Positions 53,501 through 61,617 of a stretch of 64,000 bases of DNA are shown here, in pieces. The translations under genes were made by a program, and so were the position numbers. The DNA comes from an uncultured bacterium (GTDB lineage Bacteria > Acidobacteriota > Thermoanaerobaculia > Multivoradales > JAHZIX01), in NCBI GenBank assembly GCA_965368975.1, contig CBDUPA010000001.1:1-64000 (forward strand). The letters run 5' to 3'. How positions within the stretch are numbered: the first letter of the stretch is position 1; each line of letters starts with the position of its first letter. A model generated the notes under the pieces. The model searched no databases and was not told the origin of the DNA. It saw only the letters and a list, made by a program, of their open reading frames with translations.

Positions 53501-56500
53501 TGGGCGAGTACGTCGCCGCGTGCCTGGCCGGCGTCTTCGATCTCGACGAGGCGCTGGTCCTGGTGGCCGAGCGGGCGCGATGGATCGACGACCTGCCACC
53601 GGGCGCCATGCTGGCCGTGTCGCTACCCGAGACGGCCGTCGAGACGCGCCTGGCGGCCGGCGACGGTGTCTACCTGGCCGCCGTCAACGCGCCTGAAGTG
53701 TGCGTGGTGGCGGGCGACGTCGAAGCCGTCGAGGCCTTCCAAGCAGCCCTCGACGCCGACGGCATCGCCGCCCGTCGCCTGGCGACGACGCACGCGTTCC
53801 ACACGCCGCACATGGCCGGAGCCGCCGAGGGTCTGCGCGCGGCCCTGGCGCGGGTCGAGCTGCGGCCACCGTGCCGACCCGTGCTGTCGAACGTCACGGG
53901 GACGTGGCTGCGCGCCGAGGAGGCCACCGACCCCGAATACTGGCTGCGCCACCTGCGGAGCCCGGTGCGCTTCGCCCCGGCGGTTGGCGAGCTGGCGACG
54001 CCGGGCCGCGTCCTGGTGGAAGTCGGACCCGGGCAGGGGTTGAGCACGCTGGCGATGCAGCATCCGGGCACCTCGGCAAGTGGATCTGATAGCGGCGAAT
54101 CCCGGAGCGCCGTGCGGGCCCTGGCGACCCTGCGCGCCGAGGCCGACCCACGCCCGGACCGCGCGGTGTTGCTGGACGCGTTCGCTCGCCTGTGGCTGGC
54201 CGGTGTCGACCTCGATCCTGGAGCCCTGCATGCTGGCCCGGACGATCCTCCGCGCCGCCGCGTCGGTCTGCCGCTCTATCCCTTCGAGCGCCAGCGCTAC
54301 TGGGTTGAGCGCGATCCCGCCTTCTTCGCTCGCCTCGCCGGCACCGAGACGGCGGCGACGTCTGTACCCTCGGCCGCATCGCCGGCAGCTTCGTCGGTCG
54401 GGAAGGGAGCGGGCAGGATCGAGGACGAGGTAGGGGAGCAGCCCGTGCCAGCCGCCAGCGGCGATTTTGCCCGCCCGGCTTTGGCCACCGCCTACGTCGA
54501 GCCGGCGCCGGGCGCACAGCAGACGCTGGCCGGTCTGTGGCGAGATCTGCTCGGCGTCGACCCGGTCGGTGCGCACGACAACTTCTTCGAACTGGGCGGC
54601 CACTCGTTGCTCGGTACCCAGCTGCTCAGCCGTCTGCGCGCCGAACACGGCGTCGAGCTCGAGCTGCGCCATCTCTTCGCAACGCCAACCGTGGCCGGCC
54701 TGGCCGAGCACCTGCCCGAGAACCTGCTTCAGGAAGGAGCGCGGGTCGACGGGATGTCGAGCCGCGCCAGCCGTGCGGCGGCGCCGATCGAGCGCCAGCC
54801 CGAGAGCCCATCGCGGCAGGAGCGCCGCGAGTACCCGCTCTCCTTCGCGCAGCAGCGCCTGTGGTTCTTCGACCAGCTGGTGCCCGGCAACCCGTTCTAC
54901 AACATCGGACAGGCGCACCTGGCCGAGGGCGCCCTCGACCTGGCCCGTTTGCACGCGGTGATGCGGCGCATCGTGGCGCGTCACGCCAGTCTACGCACGA
55001 CCTTCGCTGCCGCGGGGTCTGCCACCGAGTCTGGCAGCCGCGACCCGGTGCAGATTGTCGCTCCTCCAGGGGCCGTCGACATCGAGCTACCGCTGGTCGA
55101 CTGGAGTGCCCTGCCGTCCGAGGTCGCCGACGCGCGGCTCGAAGGCTTGCTGACGCAGGCCCTGTCGCTCGGCTTCGACCTGGTGCGGGGACCGCTACTG
55201 CGCCTGCTGGTGGTGCGCCTGCCGACCGATCCGGAAACCCGCCAGCCGCGCCACGCCATCTTCGCTTCGATGCACCACATCATCTCGGACGGCTGGTCGG
55301 TGAGTGTCTTCCTGCGCGAGTTCACCGCGCTCTACACCTCCGCAGCGCCTGTAGGCCCTCGAGGTACGCCGCTGCCGCCGCTGCCGATCCAGTATGCCGA
55401 CTTCGCGACCTGGCAACGGGAGTGGTTGAGCGGGGAACGACTGGATGCCGAGCTCGAACACTGGCGCGCCGCTCTCGATGGGGCCCCACGCATTCTCGAG
55501 CTGCCCATCGATCGGCCACGCCCCAGTCTGCAGAGCTTCCGCGGCGCTCGCCACCGCTTCCAGATGCCGCTCGAGCTGCGCCGTCGGCTGGAGACCCTGG
55601 CCCGCGAGCGGAGCGCGTCGCTGTTCATGCTGCTGCTGAGCGTCTTCTACCTGCTGCTGCAGCGACTCAGCGGTGCCGACGATCTGCTGGTCGGCTCACC
55701 GGTGGCGAATCGCAACCGCGCCGAGATCGAGCCGCTGATCGGCTTCTTCGTCAACACGCTGGTATTGCGCGGCGATCTGCGCACCCGCGGCAACCGTGAA
55801 GCGACGTTCGAGGATGTCGTGGCCCGGGTGCGCGACGCGACGCTCGATGCCTATGCCCACCAAGACCTGCCCTTCGAACGGCTGGTCGAGGAGCTGGCGC
55901 CGCAGCGCCACCTGAGCCACGAGCCCATCTACCAAGTGCTCTTCGTGCTGCAGAACGTGCCGGTGCGCGTGCAGCAGCTGCCCGGCCTCACCCTGCGCGC
56001 GCTGCGCGCCGATCCAGACAGTGCGCGCCACGATCTCGCGCTGGCGGTGTATGAGACCTCAACCGGGCTGCTCGGCGACGTCGAGTACAGCACCGACCTG
56101 TTCGACTCCACCACCATCGCCCGCATCGGTGACGCCTACCACCAGCTGCTCACCGCCGCTGTCGAGCAGCCGTCGGCACCCCTGTCGAGCCTGTCGATGC
56201 TCGGCCCGGCGGCGCGGCACCAGCTGCTGCGTGAGTGGAACCGTCCCTGGACCCCGGCGACCGAACCCTTTGTCACCGGCACGCGTACCGGTGGAGGAGT
56301 CCTGAGCGACGATCCGCTGGCCAACTTCCGCTACTGGGTCGCGGCGACGCCTGACCGCATCGCGGTCGCGTATCCGGAAGAAGCCGAACCAGGCCAGCCG
56401 TGGCGCCCGATCCGCCTGCTCAGCTACGCCGAACTCGATCGCCGGGCACGACGACTGGCGACCGAGTTGCAAGCGCTGGGCGTCGGTCCAGAAGTGCCGG

Positions 56501-59500
56501 TAGGCCTCTTTCTGCAACGCTCGCCGGAGATGATTCTGGCGATCGTCGGCACGCTGGCGGCCGGCGGTGCCTACCTGCCCATCGACCTGGCCCATCCCGC
56601 CGAGCGCATCGCCGCCATGCTGCAGGATGCGGCGGTCCGCGTGGTGCTCACCGACGAGACCTCGGCGCCCAGCCTGCCGGAGGTGCCACACGTCGCGCTG
56701 GTGACGCTGCGGCGGGGGCAGGTGAAGGTGCCAGTCACCGCGTCCCGCGCGGAAGGACCCACGTGGGATCGTGCCGCGGAACTTCCCGGCGACCAGCTCG
56801 CTGCTGTCATCTATACCTCCGGTTCCACCGGCACCCCCAAGGGGGTCGCCATCTCGCACCGGATCCTCAGCAACATGATCCAGCGTTACGCGTGTCTGCA
56901 GGTACGTCCCGGCGACCGCTTGTCGCAGATGAACAACATCGCCTTCGACGCTGCCGGCATGGAGGTCTGGGGCGCCCTGATGGTCGGAGCTACGCTGGTG
57001 GGTGTGTCGCGAGACGTGCTGCTGGTACCGGCGCGGCTGGCGGAGTTGACGCGGCGCGAGACCCTGAACCTGCTCGTTCTCACCACGGCCGTCTTCAACC
57101 TGCTGGTCGACGAGGAACCGCGCAGATTCCAGAGCTGCGACCGTCTGAGTTTTGGTGGCGAAGCGGCGGATCCGTCCAGCCTTCGCCGCATGGCTGCGCG
57201 CCTGCGCCGGATCGGGCGGCCCATGCCTCTGGTCAACGGCTACGGTCCGGCCGAGACCGGCAGTGTCACTACCGCCTTCGACGCTCAGCACTTGCCCGCC
57301 GAGGCGCTCAGTGTCCCGATTGGCAGGTCGCTTCCCGGTGCCGCCGCCTACGTCGTCGGGCGCCGTGGCGCGCTGCTCGGTGCTGGCATCCCTGGTGAGC
57401 TCTGGATCGGTGGGCAAGGCGTCACGCGCGGCTACCTACGACGTCCCGCCCTGACTGCCGACCGCTTCCGCCCGGACCCGTTCTGTTCGGACTTCCGTTC
57501 TGAGCCGCTCCGAAGCTCGCTCCAGCCGCCGCCCGGTCACCGCCTTTATCGGACTGGCGACCTGGTGCGCTGGCTGCCGGGCGGCCTTCTCGACTTCCTG
57601 GGGCGGCTCGACGACCAGATCAAGGTGCGCGGTTTGCGCATCGAGCTGGGCGAGATCACCGCCCACCTGCAGCAGCATGCGCAACTGCGCGAGGCCATCG
57701 TCTTGGCCCCCGAGCTGAGCGTGGGGTCGAGCGCCGAGAGCGAGCATCGACTGGTCGCCTGGGTGGTGCCCAAGGCCGACGATCCACCCGAAGATCTACC
57801 GGAGAGGCTGCGCGACTGGCTGGCCGAACGTCTGCCGCCCTACATGGTGCCGTCGGTCTTCGTGCCCCTGCTCGACTTGCCCCTGACCCCCAACGGCAAG
57901 GTCGATCGCCAGTCGCTGGTCGAACACTACCTGACACCCGACGACCTGGCGCACCTACGCCGGCATCGTTTCGAGCCGCCGGCGGACGACCTCGAAGAAC
58001 AGCTGGCGGCGATCTGGCGCGCGGTCCTGGGGCGGGCGGACGAACTCGAGAGCGTTGGCCGTAACGACGACTTCTTCCAACTCGGTGGCCACTCACTGCT
58101 CGCCACCCGGGTGGTGACGCGTGTGCAGGATGAGCTGGGCGTCGAGTTGGGCGTCGCCGAGGTGTTCGAGGCGCCGGTGCTGTCGGCACTGGCAGATCGC
58201 CTGCGACCACGGTTGGCGCAGCGGGGCGAGGGGGCAGCAAGCCGCGTCGAGATGCCGCCGATCGAGCGGCGTGACGACCCCGCCGCGCCGCTGCCGCTGT
58301 CCTACGCCCAGCAGCGCCTGTGGTTCCTGCAGCAGCTGGAGCCCGACCTCGTCGCCTACAACGTCCAGGTCGATCTGCTGCTCGAGGGCCGTCTCGACGC
58401 CGGGGCGCTGCGCGACACCTTCGGCGAGATTCTGCGCCGGCACGAAGTCCTCCGCACCGTCTTCCGCCAGCAGTTCGTCGACGATGGTGGCGCCGAAGCC
58501 GTGCGTGCGGTGCAGCTGGTGCAAGGCTGGACGCCGTTCACTTTGCCGGTGGTCGACCTCGCGGCTCTCACTCCGGCGGAGTCGTCCCGTCAATCGGATG
58601 CTCTGAGCCGCCGCGAAGCCGGTCGACCCTTCGATCTGGCGCACGATCGCATGCTGCGTGCCGTGCTGGTGCGCCACCAGCGCCACAGCCATCGTCTGCT
58701 GTGCACCGTGCATCACATCGCCAGCGACGGCTGGTCGTCCGACATCCTGGTGCGCGAAGTCAGCCAGCTCTACAGCGCCCGCGTCGAGGGTCGCTGGCGT
58801 CCGTCGGCCGATGCGCCGCCGCTACCGCTACTGCCGGTGCAGTACGGTGACTTCACGCTCTGGCAGCGACGCTGGATCGAAGGGGCGGCCGCCACCGGTG
58901 CTGCGTCTACCGAGGATGAGGGAAGCGTGCTGGATCGGCAACTCGCCGCCTGGCGGCAACGGCTGCACGGCGCCGCCACCCTCGAACTCCCCACCGATCA
59001 CCCACGCCCGGCCGTCTTCGAATCCCTGGGCGGCGTCGTCGAACAGGTCTGGCCGAGCGAGCTCAGCGCCGCCATCGAGGCACACGCTCAACGAGCCGGT
59101 GCCACTCTCTTCCAGGTTCTCACCGCTGCCTTCCAGGCGCTGCTCGGGCGCACCACGCAGCAGCGCGACGTCAGCGTCGGCACCCCGATCGCGGGCCGGC
59201 GCCGCCACGAGCTGGAGTCGTTGATCGGCTTCTTCGTCAATACCCTTGTCCTGCGAGCCGACCTCGCCGCCGCCCCGACCTTCGACCGTCTGCTGCGCCA
59301 GTGCCGGCGCCGCGTGCTCGAAGCCTTCGACCACCAGGATGTGCCCTTCGAGCGCCTGGTCGAGGAGTTGGCACCCGAGCGCGACCGCAGCCGCACGCCG
59401 CTGTTCCAGGTGATGTTCGGCGTACACCGCGCCGGTACCGGCAGCCTCAGCCTGCCTGGCCTGCGCCTGCGCCTGGCACCGCTCGCCGTGGGTCGCGCGC

Positions 59501-61587
59501 GCTTCGATCTCGAATGCTTCCTGTTCGAAGGACGCGACGCGGACGATCGCCTGCGCCTGTCTGTCAGCTGCAACTACCGGCGCGAGCTGTTCGACGCCAC
59601 CACCATCCGCCGCTTGCTGTGTCACTTCCAAGCCCTCACCCGTGCCGCTCTGGAGACGCCCAACGTACCGCTCGACCACTTGCCGTTGCTCGCTGCCGCC
59701 GAGTACTGGCAGCTGGTGGGGGAGTGGCAAGACATCGTGGCTCCGAGCGCCGCTGCCACGGTACCGTCTGGCAGCGTCCTCGATCTCGTCGCGCGGCAAG
59801 TCGAGCAGCGTCCGGCCGCCGCTGCCCTGGTTTTCGGCCGGCAAGTCGTCAGCTACCGGCAGCTATGGCAGCGTGCCGGTGATCTCGCGGCCAACCTGCA
59901 CAGGCGTGGCGTGCGCCGTGGTGACGTCGTCGCCCTGCACCTGCGTCGCTCGGCGGAGTACTTCGTCACGCTGCTGGGCGTCTTGCGCGCCAGCGCCGCC
60001 TACCTGCCCCTCGATCCGTCGCACCCCGACGAGCGACTCTCCTTCCTGCTCGCCGACGCCGGTGCCGTCGCCATGGTCAGCCACGACGGTACCTCGGCCG
60101 CGGCCCGCCTGCGCTTCGACGGAACCGTCCTCTCCGCCACCTCGCTCTCCGCGCTGCCGTCTGAGATCGACGGACCGCGGCACGATCTGACTGCCGACGA
60201 CCTCGTCTTCGTCCTCTACACCTCCGGCTCGACCGGCCGCCCCAAGGGGGTCGCCATGGGGCACGGCGCGATACACAACCTCGTGACCTGGCAGGCGGCT
60301 CGTGTCGGTGCCGGCCGGGCGTTGCAGTTCGCCGCGACCAGCTTCGATCTCAGCTTCCTGGATACGTTCAGCACCTGGTCGGCGGGCGGTACCCTGGTGG
60401 TCGCGTCCGAGAACCTGCGCGCCGATCCCCGGCGCCTGCTGCGCCACAGCGTCGAACAGAGCGTCGATCGTCTCTTCCTACCCTACGCGGCCTTGCAGCA
60501 ACTCGCCGAGAGCGCCGAGCGGATGGACGTCTTGCCCCCCGTGCGTCACATCGTCTCGACCGCCGAAGCCTTGCGCATCACCCCCGCCGTGCGCGACTTC
60601 TGCCACCGCTTGCAGGCGGCAGGCGAGTTGCGCTTGGGAGATTCGTTGTACCTCGACAATGACTATGGCCCCACCGAAACCCACGTTGCCAGTGTCGAGG
60701 CTTTGGGCCCGGACGTTGATGCCTGGCCCGTCCTGCCCGCCATCGGCCGCCCCTTGCCCGGCGTTCAGACCTACGTGCTCGGCCGCGCCCAGGACGGCCT
60801 GGGGGAGCCCGTGCCGATCGGCGTCGCCGGGGAACTCCTGGTCGGCGGTGCGGCCCTGGCCCGCGGCTACCTACGCCGTCCCGCGCTGACCGCCGAGCGC
60901 TTCCTGCCTGATCCGTTCGCTCGAGCCGGTGGAAGTCGCCTCTACCGTACCGGCGACCTCGTCCGCCACCTCGCGGACGGGCGCTTGCAGTATCTGCAGC
61001 GGGTCGATCACCAGCTCAAGGTGCGTGGTTTCCGCATCGAACCGGGCGAGATCGAAGCCCGCCTGAGCGCCCTGCCGGGCGTGCGCGATGCCGTCGTGGT
61101 GCTGCGAGAGGTCGAGGGCGACCCGCGACTGGTTGCCTACACCCTCGACGACCCCGCCGTCGAAGCCAAACCCGAACCGTCCGCCCTGCGCGCCGGGCTG
61201 GAGGCTCAACTGCCCTCGTACATGGTGCCCCAGCACTTCGTCCACCTCGAAGCCTGGCCACAGACCGCCACCGGCAAGATCGACCGCAACGCCCTACCCG
61301 CTCCCGACGCCTCGACCGCCCAAGCTGCGTATGTTGCTCCACGCACGGACACCGAAGACGCCATCGCCGAGCTGTGGAGCGGCTACCTGCACGTCGAGAA
61401 GGTCGGCATTCACGACGACTTCTTCGAACTCGGCGGTCACTCTATGATGGCGACGCAGATGATGGCCGAGCTGCAAGACATGGCCGGCGTCGAGATCCCG
61501 CTCAACCGCCTGTTTGAAGCGCGCACCGTCGAGACACTGGCGGCGGTCGTCGAGGTGTTGATGGCGGCGGACGAGAGGTCAGACTGA
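44560..61587 (+). CDS. Hybrid NRPS-type I PKS, 5675 aa: C(DCL-like)-A-T-C-A-T-KS-AT-ACP-C-A-T-C-A-T; no TE, R or E domain
   Basis: Four HHxxxDGWS C motifs; four A domains (TSGS.G.PK, YGP.E, YR.GDL); five GGHS carrier motifs; KS TACSTS/HGSAT/KSNIGH; AT GYSLG and HAFH; GAGGA 8 nt before the TTG start (alternative ATG 44578). Confidence 0.97.
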   Translation: MTAVTPMSRSQKPAFYPLSPLQQGMLFHALEAPASDAYFEQSPLWLDGELDLRALHRAWQVVVDRHEVLRTSFVWGKVREPVQVVQPRLRLPMAVMDLSGVANVEPEVRGDGPVAELLRQDRLHPFDLGRAPLLRLTVLRLHAHSWVMVWSCHHILLDGWSQALITADLFRAYTILQGARDASAAAAGQQVESVLGPAPPPFRGYIAWLRKRPREETEAYWRQRLAGYDESVALASLLPKSPLPKSPQPKIPPTTDEDVVGGTTVRLQTALSAELVARLQGYVRSHGLTLNTLFQGALALLLARYSARSDVAFGIVVAGRPPQLPGAERMVGLFINTVPLRVSTAGVAPGDGGQPSTAALDWLRELHTEAGRQRAFEHAPLLDVQRWSDVPPGGQLFDTLLAFENYPVEQPTGSEALRLRWLPSPSGTNFPLSLVVVPGEQMWLNAHYAGASLDATAVHRLVRHLRTLVDGLGRDGARLEALPLLSTAERHQLCVEWTDAASPFAAAASLAELAALRVRARPESVAVVYGRRHLSYRELARRSGTVAAQLQLHGIRRGDIVGLYLERSPELIVALLAILRAGGAYLPLDLAYPDERVAFLLADAGATSVVTDGAHAEKLPAPWGGQRLCLENLLAPVALPAAQRVTEDELHGDDLAYVIYTSGSSGRPKGTAVPQRAVVRLILGQHRPSQAYGQLGPETRFGQVANTSFDAATYEIWGALLSGGCLVGVPRRVSLQPRHLGRFLRRRRIDTTFITAALFAQTVQVDPYAFSGMRDLLVGGEAVDPDAARRLLTGPAPPRRLLNGYGPTECTTFAVVGQIEPPPVGAKSVPLGRPIGNTDVRVLDRAGEPVPVGVAGELRLGGAGLAWGYLGRAALTAERFVPAGEWLAGGLVGRGRRLYRTGDLVRWLGDGRLDFLGRLDDQVKLRGYRIEPGEIAARLREHESVRDAVVRLLPSGEGERRLVAWVIPAPGAHGGVPPHPAWRAYLAQRLPDYMVPSLFVPVEAIPLTAHGKADHRALATLAETSAIGPLDAYVPPRTATEELLAGLYAQVLEAPEGTRVGAEGHFFDLGGHSLLAMRLVARIAEVLEVELPLGELFEHPRVSELAGRLDQLAFGAADWRSTPIELLERAAGAEMLLEAPLSFAQQRLWFLDRLEPGNAFYNIATALELRPTAETGGTLSLRAFVAAVDELAHRHEILRTTYTTVSGQPRQRVHAWESRPRRCSSRSVDLSKLIDLRALDCATAEEQQQRLLQRESRRPFDLAHGPVVRALLLCRDDRHTLLLTLHHIAGDGWSMGVLVRDFSACYRALLEQNGTQDREQDSESLAGQKDGPRPLPLQPLPLQYADYAHWQRQRLDTEQLTAGVDWWRQQLEGLPSHLDLPTDRPRPAVQSYRGAALPLRLDDLSEPLHELARQQGVTLFMVLLAAYQLLLGKLAASRDLAVGTPVAGRDRSEFERLVGCFVNTVVLRARLAGEGAAPPANVAQLLRNTRQTCLDAFAHQEVPFEKLVETLAPERDLARAALFQAMFVLNSTPRPRLRLPGLEASALSVGTDSSKFDLTLTLAAAETSTDAAPAESPRREGQLGGQLAYSRDLFDATTIEHLGRRLRALLGAWVEDPECELDALPWMAPVEIHQLRHEWGGAGLPALRGAVPSVVERLRQQAQRAPLAAALEQDGVVLTYGELQQRAERLAGHLAHALRTTAVDARFDATESVVALALERTPAYVVAAYAALLAGAAYLPLDTAQPAVRLRRLLADVARSAPGAERPLVLVTSADGERNTSDPFTVVAVDAQGEPVAADDESATTSPPPVWATEPDAQRLAYLITTSGSTGKPKPVAVPHAALRKLLVWAPEAYEVRAGDRSALFGGLGFDATVLDLWLPLVSGACLCLPPAGDRGRELFAAPTVLRTWIAEARLTHAKLPTPLLERLLELPPPAAASDTEGSALRVLITGGDRLHVGLPVAWADLGIRLYNQYGPSETTVLVSRARVLSDAGRGSSGLPSLGRPAAGACLSVVDAQFDLVPSGCAGELLICGPGLARGYLDRPARTAVSFVPDLWGRGARAYRSGDLVRWLADGELEFLGRLDRQVKLRGFRIEPGEIEAALLARDEVAHVAVVLRGEGREARLVAFVVVGEKMSGHPDPSLPTALQAYLRHELPPYMVPASIVVLDVLPTTERGKLDRRALATWSLDVPASPPEAPSDISAPGDTAAPREATGLRRTIADIWRRVLDVEQVAAGDNFFDLGGHSLLLVEVQEALQLELDREVRVLDLFRYPTVEALAGYLGEGQREQLLPAVTPRARDSRAPDVPTGAVAVIGMAGRFPGAPDLDAFWHNLQGGVEGITFFDRDELLAAGVPPAQADDPNYVPAMGVLEDADQFDARFFGYAPRDAQLLDPQIRVCLELAWHAMEDAGYDPRRYPGRVGVYAGASQSGYQLNVYSQPELLARLGGLQVEPTNVQRLPLVVSYQLDLKGPSFYLYTACSTSLLAVHLARQALLDGDCDMALAGGVAIDAVPRGYRFEPGGILSSDGHTRSFSDQASGAVKGNGAGLVVLKRLDRALADGDRIQAVIRGTAVNNDGASKVGFTAPSVAGEASAVRDALAAAGVPASSVQLIEAHGSATPLGDPIEVEALQLAFQADGAEAETPVAIGSVKSNIGHLDTAAGVAGLLKAILALRHQQQPPSIGCQRPNPAIDFGAGPFFVNTELRPWPVPETAAGPAPRRAGVSSFGIGGTNVHVVVEEAPPLAARDASPPWHLWLLSAKTEAAVAARCQDLANFLPHCQPAPDPADVAFTLHAGRGVFAHRRALVVRDLADAVEVLQGATEGSPQAARLLLGQVDERAEAAAREPVFLLGGLGDQYPGMARGLYQHEPVFRRELERCAAVLDRVLDVPLTELLFPEAFGGVEAGEGEAASAGPDLRALLGRGKDRGHDGESEAQRAARRVARLRLDRTRYLQPALFAVDYALARLLEARGVQPAALLGYSLGEYVAACLAGVFDLDEALVLVAERARWIDDLPPGAMLAVSLPETAVETRLAAGDGVYLAAVNAPEVCVVAGDVEAVEAFQAALDADGIAARRLATTHAFHTPHMAGAAEGLRAALARVELRPPCRPVLSNVTGTWLRAEEATDPEYWLRHLRSPVRFAPAVGELATPGRVLVEVGPGQGLSTLAMQHPGTSASGSDSGESRSAVRALATLRAEADPRPDRAVLLDAFARLWLAGVDLDPGALHAGPDDPPRRRVGLPLYPFERQRYWVERDPAFFARLAGTETAATSVPSAASPAASSVGKGAGRIEDEVGEQPVPAASGDFARPALATAYVEPAPGAQQTLAGLWRDLLGVDPVGAHDNFFELGGHSLLGTQLLSRLRAEHGVELELRHLFATPTVAGLAEHLPENLLQEGARVDGMSSRASRAAAPIERQPESPSRQERREYPLSFAQQRLWFFDQLVPGNPFYNIGQAHLAEGALDLARLHAVMRRIVARHASLRTTFAAAGSATESGSRDPVQIVAPPGAVDIELPLVDWSALPSEVADARLEGLLTQALSLGFDLVRGPLLRLLVVRLPTDPETRQPRHAIFASMHHIISDGWSVSVFLREFTALYTSAAPVGPRGTPLPPLPIQYADFATWQREWLSGERLDAELEHWRAALDGAPRILELPIDRPRPSLQSFRGARHRFQMPLELRRRLETLARERSASLFMLLLSVFYLLLQRLSGADDLLVGSPVANRNRAEIEPLIGFFVNTLVLRGDLRTRGNREATFEDVVARVRDATLDAYAHQDLPFERLVEELAPQRHLSHEPIYQVLFVLQNVPVRVQQLPGLTLRALRADPDSARHDLALAVYETSTGLLGDVEYSTDLFDSTTIARIGDAYHQLLTAAVEQPSAPLSSLSMLGPAARHQLLREWNRPWTPATEPFVTGTRTGGGVLSDDPLANFRYWVAATPDRIAVAYPEEAEPGQPWRPIRLLSYAELDRRARRLATELQALGVGPEVPVGLFLQRSPEMILAIVGTLAAGGAYLPIDLAHPAERIAAMLQDAAVRVVLTDETSAPSLPEVPHVALVTLRRGQVKVPVTASRAEGPTWDRAAELPGDQLAAVIYTSGSTGTPKGVAISHRILSNMIQRYACLQVRPGDRLSQMNNIAFDAAGMEVWGALMVGATLVGVSRDVLLVPARLAELTRRETLNLLVLTTAVFNLLVDEEPRRFQSCDRLSFGGEAADPSSLRRMAARLRRIGRPMPLVNGYGPAETGSVTTAFDAQHLPAEALSVPIGRSLPGAAAYVVGRRGALLGAGIPGELWIGGQGVTRGYLRRPALTADRFRPDPFCSDFRSEPLRSSLQPPPGHRLYRTGDLVRWLPGGLLDFLGRLDDQIKVRGLRIELGEITAHLQQHAQLREAIVLAPELSVGSSAESEHRLVAWVVPKADDPPEDLPERLRDWLAERLPPYMVPSVFVPLLDLPLTPNGKVDRQSLVEHYLTPDDLAHLRRHRFEPPADDLEEQLAAIWRAVLGRADELESVGRNDDFFQLGGHSLLATRVVTRVQDELGVELGVAEVFEAPVLSALADRLRPRLAQRGEGAASRVEMPPIERRDDPAAPLPLSYAQQRLWFLQQLEPDLVAYNVQVDLLLEGRLDAGALRDTFGEILRRHEVLRTVFRQQFVDDGGAEAVRAVQLVQGWTPFTLPVVDLAALTPAESSRQSDALSRREAGRPFDLAHDRMLRAVLVRHQRHSHRLLCTVHHIASDGWSSDILVREVSQLYSARVEGRWRPSADAPPLPLLPVQYGDFTLWQRRWIEGAAATGAASTEDEGSVLDRQLAAWRQRLHGAATLELPTDHPRPAVFESLGGVVEQVWPSELSAAIEAHAQRAGATLFQVLTAAFQALLGRTTQQRDVSVGTPIAGRRRHELESLIGFFVNTLVLRADLAAAPTFDRLLRQCRRRVLEAFDHQDVPFERLVEELAPERDRSRTPLFQVMFGVHRAGTGSLSLPGLRLRLAPLAVGRARFDLECFLFEGRDADDRLRLSVSCNYRRELFDATTIRRLLCHFQALTRAALETPNVPLDHLPLLAAAEYWQLVGEWQDIVAPSAAATVPSGSVLDLVARQVEQRPAAAALVFGRQVVSYRQLWQRAGDLAANLHRRGVRRGDVVALHLRRSAEYFVTLLGVLRASAAYLPLDPSHPDERLSFLLADAGAVAMVSHDGTSAAARLRFDGTVLSATSLSALPSEIDGPRHDLTADDLVFVLYTSGSTGRPKGVAMGHGAIHNLVTWQAARVGAGRALQFAATSFDLSFLDTFSTWSAGGTLVVASENLRADPRRLLRHSVEQSVDRLFLPYAALQQLAESAERMDVLPPVRHIVSTAEALRITPAVRDFCHRLQAAGELRLGDSLYLDNDYGPTETHVASVEALGPDVDAWPVLPAIGRPLPGVQTYVLGRAQDGLGEPVPIGVAGELLVGGAALARGYLRRPALTAERFLPDPFARAGGSRLYRTGDLVRHLADGRLQYLQRVDHQLKVRGFRIEPGEIEARLSALPGVRDAVVVLREVEGDPRLVAYTLDDPAVEAKPEPSALRAGLEAQLPSYMVPQHFVHLEAWPQTATGKIDRNALPAPDASTAQAAYVAPRTDTEDAIAELWSGYLHVEKVGIHDDFFELGGHSMMATQMMAELQDMAGVEIPLNRLFEARTVETLAAVVEVLMAADERSD

Positions 61588-61607
61588 GGGCACCTGCGGG
61601 TGCCCTC
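61586..61607. terminator. Hairpin at the NRPS stop, between convergent genes
   Basis: GAGGGCACC-TGCG-GGTGCCCTC, 9-bp stem. Confidence 0.55.
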
Positions 61608-61617
61608 CTGCAGAAGC

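Noticed and set aside
45370-61476. Many ORFs up to 578 aa overlapping the NRPS-PKS in other frames
   Set aside because: Low-complexity shadow ORFs with no domain motifs; the main frame is uninterrupted.
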